A stretch of DNA of 64,000 bases from the NCBI GenBank assembly GCA_965655095.1, contig OZ296648.1, positions 131,936,001 to 132,000,000 of the forward strand, in the 5' to 3' direction. Position numbers and translations under genes: made by a program. Shown here piece after piece: positions 51,301 to 63,709 of this stretch. Positions within the stretch are counted from its first letter, which is position 1. Each line of letters starts with the position of its first letter. The notes below the pieces were generated by a model that saw only the letters and a program-made list of their open reading frames with translations, was not told the DNA's origin and did not search any database. Source of the stretch: Haplodiscus bocki (lineage: Eukaryota).

Positions 51301-51522
51301 TACCCTGAAAAAATCAGAACCAGCGGAAAGTTGCAAACTTTACGTTGAATCGAGTGCAAATTCTTTTTTAATCATCAAAAATCTTGCTGTAAAACAATCA
51401 GTAAGATTTCCTTACACCCAGGATATAAAAACAATCCGGAAAAAAAAGCTCTCTGTTACCGGGTGCTAACGATGTTGAAGTCGAACCCATCATCTTGCAA
51501 ACTCCATATTTGACGTCACGGC

Positions 51523-51997
51523 AGTAGTGTACAAAAACAGAAAATGATGCCAAAAGCCGCGGCCGCACCCTTCAACCAAAGATTAAAAAACAAAAAATTC
51601 AAAGCAGAGCCCTACACAGGAGTATAATTATAAAAAAAACGTAAAGTAAAATGTAACTACCTAATAATGGGGTTATACAGGCTATAATAAAATATAGTTG
51701 AAATTATAAAAGTTAGGTGGAGTTATAAAATTGTGTTAAATTATACATTTATGTGAAATTATGGAATTATAAAAATATAAAAAATATGTGAAATTGTAAA
51801 ATTATGTTAAATTATACTATATCAAGGATGTAAAATTGAAAGTAAAAAAATCACAATTCTGTACATGAATAATATAAAAAAAATTCTAAAATTTACAAAT
51901 ACTCCAGTCTAGGGCTCTGCTATTAATTTTTTCAAAATTTTTGGTTGAAGTGAGCGCTCCTTGTCTTTTGACGTCATATTCTGTTTTGTACATTACT
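51523..51997. repeat. Inverted repeat pair (~100-bp arms 51523-51625 and 51899-51997) with Polinton-type ends
   Basis: The left arm AGTAGTGTACAAAAACAGAA...CTTCAACCAAA...AGCAGAGCCCTA.AC.GGAGTAT matches the reverse complement of the right arm (AGTAATGTACAAAACAGAA...). Confidence 0.85.
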
Positions 51998-52349
51998 AGT
52001 CGTGAAAATATAGAATAATGTTGATTTAAAAATAAAATTGAAATTATAAAATTATGTTGAATTAGAAATAAAATTGAATTTATAAAATCATATCAAAATA
52101 TACTATCACTTCAAAAGTTTACTTCTAATTTTACTTTCATAACATCAATTATCATCGAATAGAGATAACGTCGATTTTTTTGCTTTTTGAAGATACATTT
52201 CATGGTTAAGTGAACGAAGAATATAATTACTGCATTCTTTTTGATATTTTCCACCATCTAAACATTTTTTTAGTCATCAAACTTAATATGCTTTAATTGA
52301 GATTTAGAATTACCTTTCAATATATTTATACCTTCACTAGTATCTCCAC

Positions 52350-53769
52350 TGGAAATGATGAAATACCTGTCAAAACGATCAGAAATCTGGGCAACACTGG
52401 TTTAGATATGCTACAGAAACTATTTAACGAGGTATATGAAAGTGGAAAATGGGATAATGAGATGTTGGAATCAACGTTTATACCGTTACCAAAGAAACCA
52501 AAGGCAATTGACTGTAGTAACTTCAGGACTATTAGCATAATGAATCACTCGACCAAAATGTTATTGCAAATCATTTTAAATAGAATGAAAAATGCCATTC
52601 ATGCAGAAGTCAATGAATGCCAGTACGGCTTCATGCCGGATAAAGGAACTCGAAACGCCGTGTATGTACTCAACCGGATTGCAGAAAGAAGTAAACAAGT
52701 ACAGAAAAAGGTGTTTTGCTGCTTTATTGATTACACAAAGGCGTTCGACCGAGTCCAACACAACAAATTATTTGAGATTTTGAGTGATCTAGACGTTAAC
52801 GACAAAGATATCCGACTACTGCACAATCTTTATTTCGGACAGAAAGCGAATATCCGAGTCTGTAATACGAAGTCAGAAAATGTGGATATAAAGAAGGGAG
52901 TGGGACAAGGATGCGTTGCATCGCCAGATCTGTTCTCATTATTTTCGGAGGTGATAATGAGAGCAATAGACAGAGAAAATGGAGTCAACATCGGAGGCCA
53001 TATTATAACCAATTTCCGATTCGCAGACGATACAGTTTTAACAGCAAATACCGCAGACGATCTACAGATTGTACTGGAAAAAACCAACGCGAAATGTAGA
53101 AAGTTTGGGATGGAGATAAGTACGAAAAAAACGGTCATCATGGTACTAAACGGAGATGGAAAAATGGAAACAGAGATCAAACTAAATGGTGAAGTTCTTA
53201 CAGAAGTGGAAAAATTCAAATACCTGGGAAGCTGGATAACGACTAATGGAGGACACATGACTGATATTAAATGTCGAATTGCCGAAACGAAAATAGCTTT
53301 TGCGGACATGAAGAATACACTAGCTAATCTTAAAATGCCGTTTGACTTGCGATACCGAATTTTGGATTGTTATGTCATGCCTATACTTCTGTACGGATGT
53401 GAAAATTGGATATTGAAGCAACAACAAATTAAAAGACTGGAAGTGACCGAAATGTGGTTTTTACGGAGAATGCAAACGATCAGCTGGAAAGAAAAGAAGA
53501 CAAACGAACAGGTACTCAGAGAAACTATTGGAAAACGAAAATTAATACAAAAAATTGTGCAGCGACAAGTGTCATTTTTTGGACACGTTATGAGAAAAGG
53601 AAAACTGGAAAACATCGTAACAACAGCAAAAATAAATGGAAAACGGAAGAGAGGAAAACCATCGATACAGTATATGGATCAAATTAAAAAACGGACCCAG
53701 CAAGAATCCATCGAGAGCCTGATGTCGAAAATTTACGAACGGACTTTACTGGTTGCCCAAGTCTATTGA
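52350..53769 (+). CDS. RTE reverse transcriptase (open but 5'-truncated; no endonuclease)
   Basis: CSNFRTIS, QYGF..KGTR, FIDYTKAFD, GVGQGC..SP.LF, FADD, FKYLGS, LLYGCENW, FFGHVMR, GKRKRGKP. Confidence 0.93.
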
Positions 53770-53793
53770 CAAGGCACGCAAAGAAGAAGAAGA
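52350..53793 (+). mobile_element. 5'-truncated RTE-clade LINE with (AAG)n tail and 11-bp TSD AGTATCTCCAC (52339-52349, 53794-53804)
   Basis: Uninterrupted RT frame, very short 3' UTR, AAG microsatellite tail, exact duplication on both sides. Confidence 0.95.
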
Positions 53794-56700
53794 AGTATCT
53801 CCACATTTAAATGAATAAGCCTTTGATCTTAATTAAATAAATTCATCAATCCAAATATTTTTGGGAATTTCTAGTTTGAATTAACCAAAAACGTTTTCGT
53901 TTTAATTACTAAACATTTCAAAATTTTTAGCTAGATCACTGAAATCAAATTTATCTGACAAATTTTTTAAGTCTTTGATAATATTTTCTGTTTTCATACT
54001 CAATACGAATGCATCAGCATCTATATTAGGTAATTGATTATTTTCTTGACTAAAATATTGTTGTAATATATCATAATGTGTCACATACATATGTAACTTA
54101 CTCAATTCTAATATAGCAAATCCTAAGTAAATAGGTTTATCTATCAATACATTTCGTTTAAAAGTATAACTATTTCAATTTTATTATGATTTAGGAATTC
54201 CGTTGAAGGTTAGTTTAGATTGTTGTTTTATTCTTTTTATTTTCATAGTTTTATTTAATTTCTAATTTTAAGCGATTTCGCACATTTTCCATTGCTTTTC
54301 CATAGAGAGCATTATTAAGTAATTTATAGAAGTCTTTTTCAAAATTGTTTTTAGCCTTAATTCTCTTCTGAGTATTGAAATTTATATATTTCTCCAACCA
54401 CTTACTCTGGTTAAAGGAAACTATTTGATGAAATTTTTAAACTAATATCCCATGTTTGACATAAGATTTTAACATCCTATATTGAATCAAATAATTTTTT
54501 CTATCAGACCAATCACATATTAATTTTTTAGCTTTTGTGTAACTTTTAGGTTTTATTTTTTTTTCATATAATCAATATATTTAACTTTAGGAATTAGTTT
54601 ATTTTCTGGACAAAATGGAAAATTCTTGGTTTTTTCTTTTTCATCATCAGGATACTTTAAATCAACTTCAATGTAATAACCAATATCTGAATCATCTGGA
54701 GTATTACATATTTCTTCTAATTCATTCATATAAAGATCAAGATGACCATGCCACATTTCAATTTCTTCATAAAGTAAGACTTGAGACCTTGAGTGACCAT
54801 ATAAATTAGTAGCATCTATATATAATATCTTTTTGTTTTCACCTGATTTTACAAAACGATCTCCCATAACACTGCCTATGCCACCGCGTATACTATTCTC
54901 TAATGTTAAAATTAAATCTTTATCTGGAAGTGTTTGTAAGTTTATTCCTGTGTATTTTAAACGACACTGCCAAGTCGAACCAGGTAGAGTTACGCAATAT
55001 AGAGGATTGATTCCAAATTCGTTAGTCGATGGTTTTACAAATTTTTCAAACACACATGTAAATAACAAAACATCACTTTCTAAAAATATTTGTGTTAGTT
55101 CTTCTCCATTTTCAATATTGAATAACTTAATAATTTCTTTTGTTCGTTCTATTTCTTCCTCACTAGGACATTTGCTTTTCACTTTACTGAAAAAATCTTC
55201 TTTTTTCAAATCGTTAACAGGTTCTAGATAATCATCAAGATTATTGAATTATTCATATTGATATGCTATTTTTTTAGTTAAATAGTTCCACTTATTTTCA
55301 GGAAATTCTGTTCTCAAACTTTTAAGGTCATTTTCACCTACATAATTAAGTAGAGCTTCTTCTAATTTTTTATTTTGATCCGGATAATCTTTTCTTAAAT
55401 CTTTAACAGTTTTATCTTCTTCTAGTTCACTAACAATTTTTAGTATTTCGTCCTGACCAACAATTTCTTCTTTAAAGTTTTTCAAAGTTTTATGACTATC
55501 ATCACCAAGTCTTTGAACTAATTTATCTAAACCACTTTATAGGAATCTATAACTATCAAAAAATCTAATACAACCACATGTTACTGATACATATCCTTCA
55601 TTTGTCTCAGGTTTATTATCAAATTTTATTTTATCATTCTTTTTCTCAACTAGTTTTTTAAATACCAGATGACAATCTTAGTTTTTAAAAATATGAAATG
55701 CAAATGGCAAAATAATATATTGATTCTGTGCGACGTTTATATTACAAGTGTTATGAGCTGGGCCTCTGTATTTACTTGTTAAGTAACAATGATCTCTAAC
55801 TTTATCAGAGACAACATTATTTTTATAACAAATACACAAGTCTTTTTATCTACATTATCTTCTTCATCTTCCTCTGTCAAAATGATTTCTTTTCTAGTGT
55901 TTTTAAAATAGAAAGCCTTTTTGTTTTCTAATTTATAAATCTCAATAACAAACCAATCTACATTACGATAACCCAAAGGAGTTTTATAATATCCACTTTC
56001 TAAAACATCATCCAATTCAGACTTTATGCGTGAGCCATTAAGTACTCGGTTTTGTTTATAAATATTAGTTGTTTTTTTAACTCTACTAGAAATATCAATT
56101 TCCTTATCGGCTTAATCGTAGCAATAATCGTAAAAAATGTTGGATTCTTATGAAAATGATTTTTTGCAATGAAGATGAGAATCACTTGAATTTCTAGTAG
56201 AAGTTATATCAAAATTTTTACAGTTTTGTTTTTGTATCAATAACATGTTTTCACTTTTATATGAATTTAAACATCGTTTATATTTGAAATTTTTATTATG
56301 ATTTCTTAAAAAAGCATTTAATTTTTCAATGAGAGCATAATGATTTTTGTATATTAATAAGTCAACAACTTTATCAGCATCATTTTTACTAATCTCAAAA
56401 GGAATTAAATTTTGTTTCCAATTGTTTTGATGTTGATTGCAAAATAATTCAAATACCTTAATAGATAAATTACTAAATTTTTCAACTTTATGAAAATCAC
56501 TACACTTAAAACCGTTTGTATTATCAAAACTTTCAATGTTTAATTCATTGAAATATTGTCTGTAATTTTTTACTGTTGATGATTGACTGTTTTCACAGGG
56601 TTGTAAAAAAGCTAAAATTGACCATAAGAAACAATATTTATCTTTATTTTCTATATTTTAGATAGAGTTTGATCTCAAAAGAATTTCAACTTTACTCGAA

Positions 56701-57478
56701 CCAATTAATTTAAGAGTTTTAAAAAATCTTATTTCAATTGAATTAAATTTATCATATATCCAACCCGAATCTTTTGTTTCTTGACTTTGATTTTGATGTT
56801 TTAAATGAGATTTAACGTCAATGTCATTATTATCTGTTTCTGTTAATTTATGATTAATATTGAATTTAATAAATAATTCAGTTTCATCACTTCTTTGATC
56901 TTCTTCATTAATCTTATAAAAGCTTGTTGAAAATAAAAATGATATTTAAACTTATATTGACCTATTAATCTAGCGTAAAAACTAGCCATTTTTTTAAAGA
57001 TTTTGTTAATATATCTTGCTTCATTTATGAAATCTGGATAAATTGGTACAAAGGATAAGATAGAAATTGTATGATTAATATTATGAACATCCAGATTAAT
57101 TTTGGAATCATTTTTTAAATTTTCCTCTGTAAAATATATGCGTTTCTCATCTTTTCAGATAATTCTTTTTGTAACTCTTTATGATTTAGGTTAAAAATTT
57201 TTCTGGCTATATGTTTTAATGTTTTAGGTTTTTAATATTTTTCTATTTATTTCTTAATAGGTGTTTGCTCTTCTTTAAGTAACCATTCTGTTATACTTAT
57301 TTCATCTTGTCTTATATTCTCTAACTGTGTTTTCTTCCTCAAATGTTTAGCATAAGATGCCCGATGAATATCACCATTACAAATATCACATTTACGGCTT
57401 TTTTCCATTCTGCGTCGTATTTACTCGGGATATTTTTATTGAAATAAGAAAGCTTCCAATAAAAAACGTAATAAACAA

Positions 57479-57790
57479 ATGGATAGTAAAGTTTGTGTTA
57501 TTTGCAATACGGAAAAAAGTATTGATAATTTTTACAACAAATATAGAAAATGTAAACAGTATAATATTAAAAGAAGTTTAAAACGTTATTATGAAAACAA
57601 CGGTAAAATATCAAATGAACAAATACTTTATTATGAAAAAAAAGATAAACCATTACAGAAACAAAATATTAGATTTCTATAAGATAAAGAATTACTTTGA
57701 TCCTATATTGGATTAGAAAACAGGTTAAAAGCTATGGAGGAAAAATTTACAAAAAAGGACTCAGAAAGCAATAAAAAATAATATTAAACG
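57479..57790 (+). pseudogene. Small Polinton Zn-ribbon/coiled-coil protein
   Basis: MDSKVCVICNTEKSIDNFY...CKQY, divergent from pPolB and upstream of the integrase. Confidence 0.5.
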
Positions 57791-58600
57791 AAATTTACTC
57801 CAAAGGACCGAAACAGATTTATCCCACAAACAAAACAGACGTTTATCATATTGATGACAATTGGAGTTGAGACATATTAGACCTAAAAGATTATGGTAGT
57901 GAAAACAAAGGAAATTATAGGTATGTTATAGTGGTAATCGACAAATTCTCAGAGTTTGGTTGGACAATTCCCATAAAAAATAAAAATGCTCAAACAATAA
58001 AGATTCTTTCCAAAATATTCTTATATCATCCAAAAAAAACCAAATTTGATAGAATTGGACAATGAATCAGAATTTGTAAACAAAACTTTTAGGGATTTCC
58101 TAAATAAAAACAATATTAAAAGATATAGTCGTCATACGTCCTTAGGAGCTGTTTTTGCAGAACGCTTTAATCGTGCTATCAGAGATCTACTTAAAAAGCC
58201 TGTTTTTGTACGAGGTTGTGCCAATTGGGGTGATAAATTACCCAAAATAACGAAACAATATAATAATAGAATACATTCACCGACTAAGTTGACACTAATT
58301 CAGGCTAGTTTAAAGAAGAATGAAGGTTATGTTTACAAAAATTTATTAAGCAAACGGAACAAAATGAAACCAAAGTATCAAGTAAACGATCTCGTTAGAA
58401 CAGCAGATTTGCAGAAGACCTTCTAAAAAGGTGATACGACTAATTTGTCTTATATATTGTATAAAACTACAAATTTTTAATGACACAATACCGAGTTATC
58501 GCATTGACAATTTAACAGAGCGTTATAACGAAACCTTGTTGAAAAAGACAGAATTAACAATGAAAGAAAAAAAAACAGTTATAAAAGCCTTAAACTTAAC
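57734..58600 (+). pseudogene. Polinton rve integrase
   Basis: IDDNWS*DILDL, YRYVIVVIDKFS, IELDNESEF, FAERFNRAI, YNNRIHS, PKYQVNDLVR. Confidence 0.92.
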
Positions 58601-59878
58601 TGAAACCAGAATGCCTTTGCCCATCTCAGCTCATCCCAATCATTTTATTCGTTAACTTTAAAGCATAATCATATATCCCAGCAGGAATGTTTTCTGAAAA
58701 TATAAATTGTTTTTTAATTGGTTCAGCACTTACTAATTTTCTTCTGAAATCGTATATCGAAAACGTATCATTTATATCCAATATCAATATTAGTGTTAGA
58801 TGATCTAAAAACTTTATCAGATATATATGGTTGAACGATATCATCTTTTGTTAGAGCTCAAAACATTCTTCAATTTAAACATATCCCTGAAAATAATCAT
58901 CATCATCATCATAATTTTAATAAAATAGCTGAATCATAATATTTTCCAGTGCCAATAATGCATTCAGCACTTGTTACTTGAGGTCTATAAAAAGTATCAT
59001 TGTTTAAACTTTGTGAATTTTCTGTATCCCTTTGTTGGAAACCTACAGTAATTCCTATTGGAATGTTTATTCCTTCCTGAGTCCCTAATTCAAAAGTCCA
59101 AAAAATTTGAGTACTCAAGTCTCTCTTAGAAACACTTTTTTCAATGTATTGAAGCTTTGTAGGCACCTTACTTAATATCTGTATAGACTATATAGCTTCA
59201 TTTGAATTACTGGGTGTATATTGCGGTACATACCATTCAATACTATTAACTTTACCAGTGTTGGTTGTATTGGAAACCTGCAATCCTTATTCAAAACAGC
59301 GTTGTCAGTTTTTCTTGTTAATGTTAGTCTGTAACCTAAGATTTTTTTCTGTCTTGTAGCCTGTCGTAAGTACTTCTTTCTTGACATTCAATAAAACCAA
59401 AAATTCTTGTCAACATGATTCTAAGATGAAATTTACATTTTTTATTTTTGTTATTAGTTAAGTCTCGTTGTCTCCTAAGACGATCACGATCAAATCCGAT
59501 GGACAGATCATCAGAATTTTGAGCACTAATATTTAGTTTTTACATTAAAGAAACAACATGATCATGACTATTGTCTTCTAAGTGTTTTTCTGAACTAGTT
59601 GTTATATTATATTTACTAAATAAAGCAATTGCTCCTAGATTAACTAGCCTTATATCATTTTTATCTGCATATCTGTCATTACTAGCGGCATGTAATTTAT
59701 CAAACTTTAAGTCAAGATAAATACTTAACAGAGAAATAACACTATCTTTTCTAGGTATATTGATATGAACTTGAGAACTAGCAGTGTTTTTTGTACTTAT
59801 TTCTGACGGTGAGTATCGTATTTAATGACAATTTAAATTATTTCTTTTAAATTCAACTTTTTCATTCAGTTTGAACAT
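58595..59878 (-). pseudogene. Polinton major capsid protein (element 3)
   Basis: About 430 codons. N-terminal INIPRKDSVISLLSIYLDL, then WTFELG..PIGITVGFQ, YVFDI and C-terminal beta-strands, typical of Polinton MCP. Confidence 0.75.
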
Positions 59879-59889
59879 TTAGCTAGTAA

Positions 59890-60710
59890 AATTTTATGTT
59901 ATTTTTAAGATATACTTTTGTATTCTAACTCTTTATCAACAATTGCAACAATTTCTTCATTAATCATGTCAGAATCATCACCAGCTTGTTTTTCTTTTAG
60001 TAACAATTTTACCCGTTGCATAACTCGTTAGCATCGGATGGTAAAAATAAAGTATTTGGAATAAGAAAAGCAGAAACTAGTAGAGCTGATGGTTTAAGCA
60101 ATGTTATAAGCGATCTATCTCTAGTAGCTTTATTACCTGTAGATTTTACATTAAAATACATTTTGTCTGCAAACTCATACATTAATTTTTTGTCAGACAT
60201 TTTAGGAAGATATACATTATAGTTTTTATTAGTTATCATTTTCAGAAGATCTCCTTGTATTTCAAATTTTTTTACTTGTATCTTGAAGTGGTAATAAATT
60301 GTTATATAGAGTAACTGGTATTGTATTGTGTATTAACAAATCTTTGACTCTATTTGAGTTATGATCTTTCACTAATTTGAATTGACTAGTATTTTCAAGA
60401 TTAGTGATATTGGATAGAGGAGATAACAAATAACTTGCTAATGTACCCGTATCATTCATGGCTTCTAAAAGTTTGCCATTTAAGTTTGAAATTGCTTGTT
60501 TGTTTTTATTAGAAGTTTTCGTCAAAGTTTTCGTTAAATTTTCAGTCGTATTTTGTATTGTATCGGTAAGTGGTTCGAATAAATTTTTTGTATTGTCGTG
60601 AAAAATTTGTTTACCTATTTTTTTGTAATCCTATTTCATCTAGTTGGTTGTTTAACGAAACTAATTCGTTGAAATTTTCTAAATCTTCTCTATTTTTAAT
60701 TGGATACAAT
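59890..60710 (-). pseudogene. Conserved Polinton DPNEL-motif protein
   Basis: ORFs 60262-60525 and 60009-60239, ending LPSDANELC..KLLL.EKQAG. Confidence 0.55.
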
Positions 60711-60729
60711 ATCTATTTTATTTAAAAAA

Positions 60730-61473
60730 TTCAGTTTCCGAAATGCATTCAATATATGTGTTTTTGCTTTCATTGAAATTACGTCAGTTAGCTTCATTTT
60801 TATTTCTAACCATATCAATACATAGATAGGTATATTTTTCAACCCAGGTTTTACGACACATTTGTTTGAATTCACAAAAAGCCATATCATGAGCCCCTGT
60901 GTCTCTATAATTACATTCAACATCTCTAAATGTTTGTTTAAACCATATTATCCTATCACTGTTAGTTCTAGTGCTTTGTCTCTGTAAACCAAAATAGCTT
61001 TGACTAAAGTAATAGACGTCTAAACTTTCATGTTTCCCTCTGTGAAAAAATCTTCTATTCGAGAACTGTTTCGAGCCTCTAAAATATTGTCAGAAAAAAC
61101 AACTGATCCTTTGTCTTCATTTTTTGGTTTAGTTTCAAACCTTGTTTTTTAAAATGGATTTTGATTCGAGGGTCGCCTTATTATATGAATAGGTCTTCTT
61201 TCTTCTGTTTTTTTTTAGTTTTTTTAACATGTAAAGACTTTTACCAACATTGCTTGGTCCTATGATAATATGGCGATGATTTTCATATGCTGAAACACTA
61301 GGGTTGTTGTCATTGTTATTGTTATTTTTGATTTCTGGTTGTGGATTTTGGATTAGAGAGTTCGTATTGTTGTTCTTTCTATTGTTATTGTAACAGATCT
61401 TGCAAACAGTTCCACTTTTCAAGTAGATATTTTCATCTGTTTTTATGTCACAACCATTACGAAGCCGATTCAT
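60730..61473 (-). pseudogene. Polinton packaging ATPase with N-terminal Zn-ribbon-like extension
   Basis: HIIIGPSNVGKS Walker A; GSVVFSDNIL Walker-B position near 61090-61110. Confidence 0.82.
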
Positions 61474-61639
61474 TTAATATGTAAGTTTTACCTCCAGAAA
61501 AGGACAACAGGACAGAACAACACAACAGTACAACCCAACAGAACAACAGGAGAGTTAAAATCAGACATAAACAGATTCAACTTCTAGGTCCAATGCTGAA
61601 TTTTAACTTATTATGACTAAAAAAATTTCAATTTTATCT

Positions 61640-62181
61640 TTACGTTCATATTTTTAAAAAAGATTCATTTTTCATTCCATCCAAATATTTAGTAAAATTT
61701 TCACATAGAGATTCTTATTCATCTTTATCACTTACAATACCTTGTAAGCTTTTTTGTATAAAGTATCGAAAGATTTAATAGTTTGTTGTTGTTTTTTATA
61801 TAGTTCTTTGTTTTTGATTTATTTCTGCATAACTGTATCATAAATTACTTTATTACTAATTGTTAATCCACATGCTGTTGCCGTTGATATTGGTATAGCT
61901 ACTAATCCAATTCCTGCAAAACTCAATGTAATAGAACTTGTTGTCGTGGCAAGATTAATAATTGTATCAAATGATTTTAATATTGTAATTAACGTTTTAT
62001 ATTTTTTATTTTTCTTTTTGGAGTTATGGTTTTTGTCTTTGAAGTAAGTAATCATCTCTTTAATGTTGTCGATATGGTCATTAAAACCATTTACATCACT
62101 TAATCTCTTTTCTAATCGTTGTTCTAAATCATTGTTTTCTAAGGGTGCAGTTGGGTATATTCTATCACATTTTTGGTCCAC
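61640..62181 (-). pseudogene. Polinton putative membrane-active protein (YPTAPL motif, basic helix, Gly/Ala/Thr-rich hydrophobic hairpin)
   Basis: ORF 61819-62181. Confidence 0.55.
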
Positions 62182-62199
62182 CTATATAGCAGCGTTTAT

Positions 62200-62590
62200 A
62201 TAATTTTACCAAGGTGGAGAGATTTCCGGTGTGATAAAAATTGATAACTTCAGGTGATCTTGATACAACTGCTTCGGAACTTCCGGATGCAATTGCTGTA
62301 CCAACGTTAGCACCAGTTTCCCGAGCTTATCGTGGGTCTTTTTAAACGTTTTCTGCCATCTTTTTTGATACATTAGGTCTTTTTCTACCTGAATTCTTGA
62401 AACAAACACCGAGACTTTCAACTTGTATTGTGTTATCACTAACAGTCATTGATTTTTTTCTATTAGAAATTGAACAATCACCATTTAATACTTTACTACC
62501 TTTAGAAGTTATATCACCATGAACTTTTGTTGTAGCAGATCGATGTCTACCACCAACAGAAAAACTATCACTTTTCAACTTCTAAAGTTC
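62200..62590 (-). pseudogene. Polinton small basic core-type protein (degenerate Zn ribbon plus amphipathic LG..FK..G helix)
   Basis: ORF 62342-62578 and its frameshifted continuation. Confidence 0.45.
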
Positions 62591-62599
62591 ATTTAATAG

Positions 62600-63699
62600 T
62601 TCAGATTTTGATCAATTGTAGCGTGAAAGTCAATGTTTCTCCGTTAAAAAAATTTTCTTCATTATTACCATTTTCTAACTAATTGTTATACAATTCAAAA
62701 TACATTTGTTTCTTTTTTCAGAAAGAACTGTTTCAGGTTGGGAAAAGACCTTATAACATGCTGGTTTATCTAATAGAAAACGGTATAATTTTGGTTGTCT
62801 AGAACCATTTACTATGCTTCCATTTGTAATATTGGTCTTTAAATGAATTTTGGTTATTGTATTTAAATTTAAATAATTACCACTAGTGTATACTCCAGGG
62901 GAATCAGCATAAACAGCATTGGTAGGTTTATAATCTGAGTATGGCACGAATCCTTATAAAGTATTAAAGAAGGATTTTTCATCGAAACTTAACGTTCCAA
63001 ATGTTCCTCCAAAACGACTTAAAATAAGTTTTTTTTCATGCTAATACCATCATATTCAAATATTAAGGTTCCTTCGTGATCGCCCATTGTGTAAACTGTC
63101 CCCGAAATATTTTCAATCGAGTAAATGCCCGGTGGTATTTCATAAGTGACAAAATTTGAATTGTATTGTTTTAAAAATAACTGAATATAATCTTCATCTA
63201 AACCAACTACAATTCTAATATAACTTTCAAACTCTCGAAATGGAGATCTAGCATAACTCATTAATAAAATAATATAACCATCAGTGCTTGACTTTTCTGA
63301 TCTTAATTCCTTATAGGTTTGACTAATACGAGATCCGATTTCTTCATGTTGTAGATGATATGGTGTAATATCTGAAATACTATGAATCTCTTCAAGCTCA
63401 TCTTTTAATTCTTCAATTGAAAATTCATCAAAAGTGTCTGAACAAAGTTCACGTTTGTTACCTTCTGCTGTGATATCAAAAATAGATTTGTATACTTCTA
63501 CACTCGACAATCCTACCATCCAAGACCCTTCAATCGCTATAGGTGGATTGAAATGAATCGTTTCTCTTGGTTGGTAAGTTCAAATTCTATTGTTTCTTCT
63601 GCTTTCCTATGTTTTTGTTTAATAAGTGTTTCACCGTTTAGTTATTGAAAATAATATATCTTCTGTTTCATTTTTAGGTCGAATCATATCTAGAGTCAT
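62600..63699 (-). pseudogene. Polinton minor capsid/penton-like protein A (with ~90-aa insertion)
   Basis: FNPPIAIEGSWMVGL, YEIPPGIYSI, KIHLK...SIVNG.RQP.LY.F, C-terminal GETLTF. Confidence 0.72.
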
Positions 63700-63709
63700 T
63701 TCATTGTTA

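Larger units (their letters stand above)
52106..57360 (-). pseudogene. Protein-primed DNA polymerase B, split by an RTE insertion
   Basis: DSGW, KYCFLWSILA, RDHC (endonuclease VII-like), KIAYQYE, IRGGIG, YIDATNLYG, KLLNNAL, KPIYLGFAILELSK, LRSKAY | KG...LSLFDDN. Confidence 0.92.

Noticed and set aside
52830-53687. Minus-strand and alternative-frame ORFs over the RTE
   Set aside because: Shadows of the RT coding frame.
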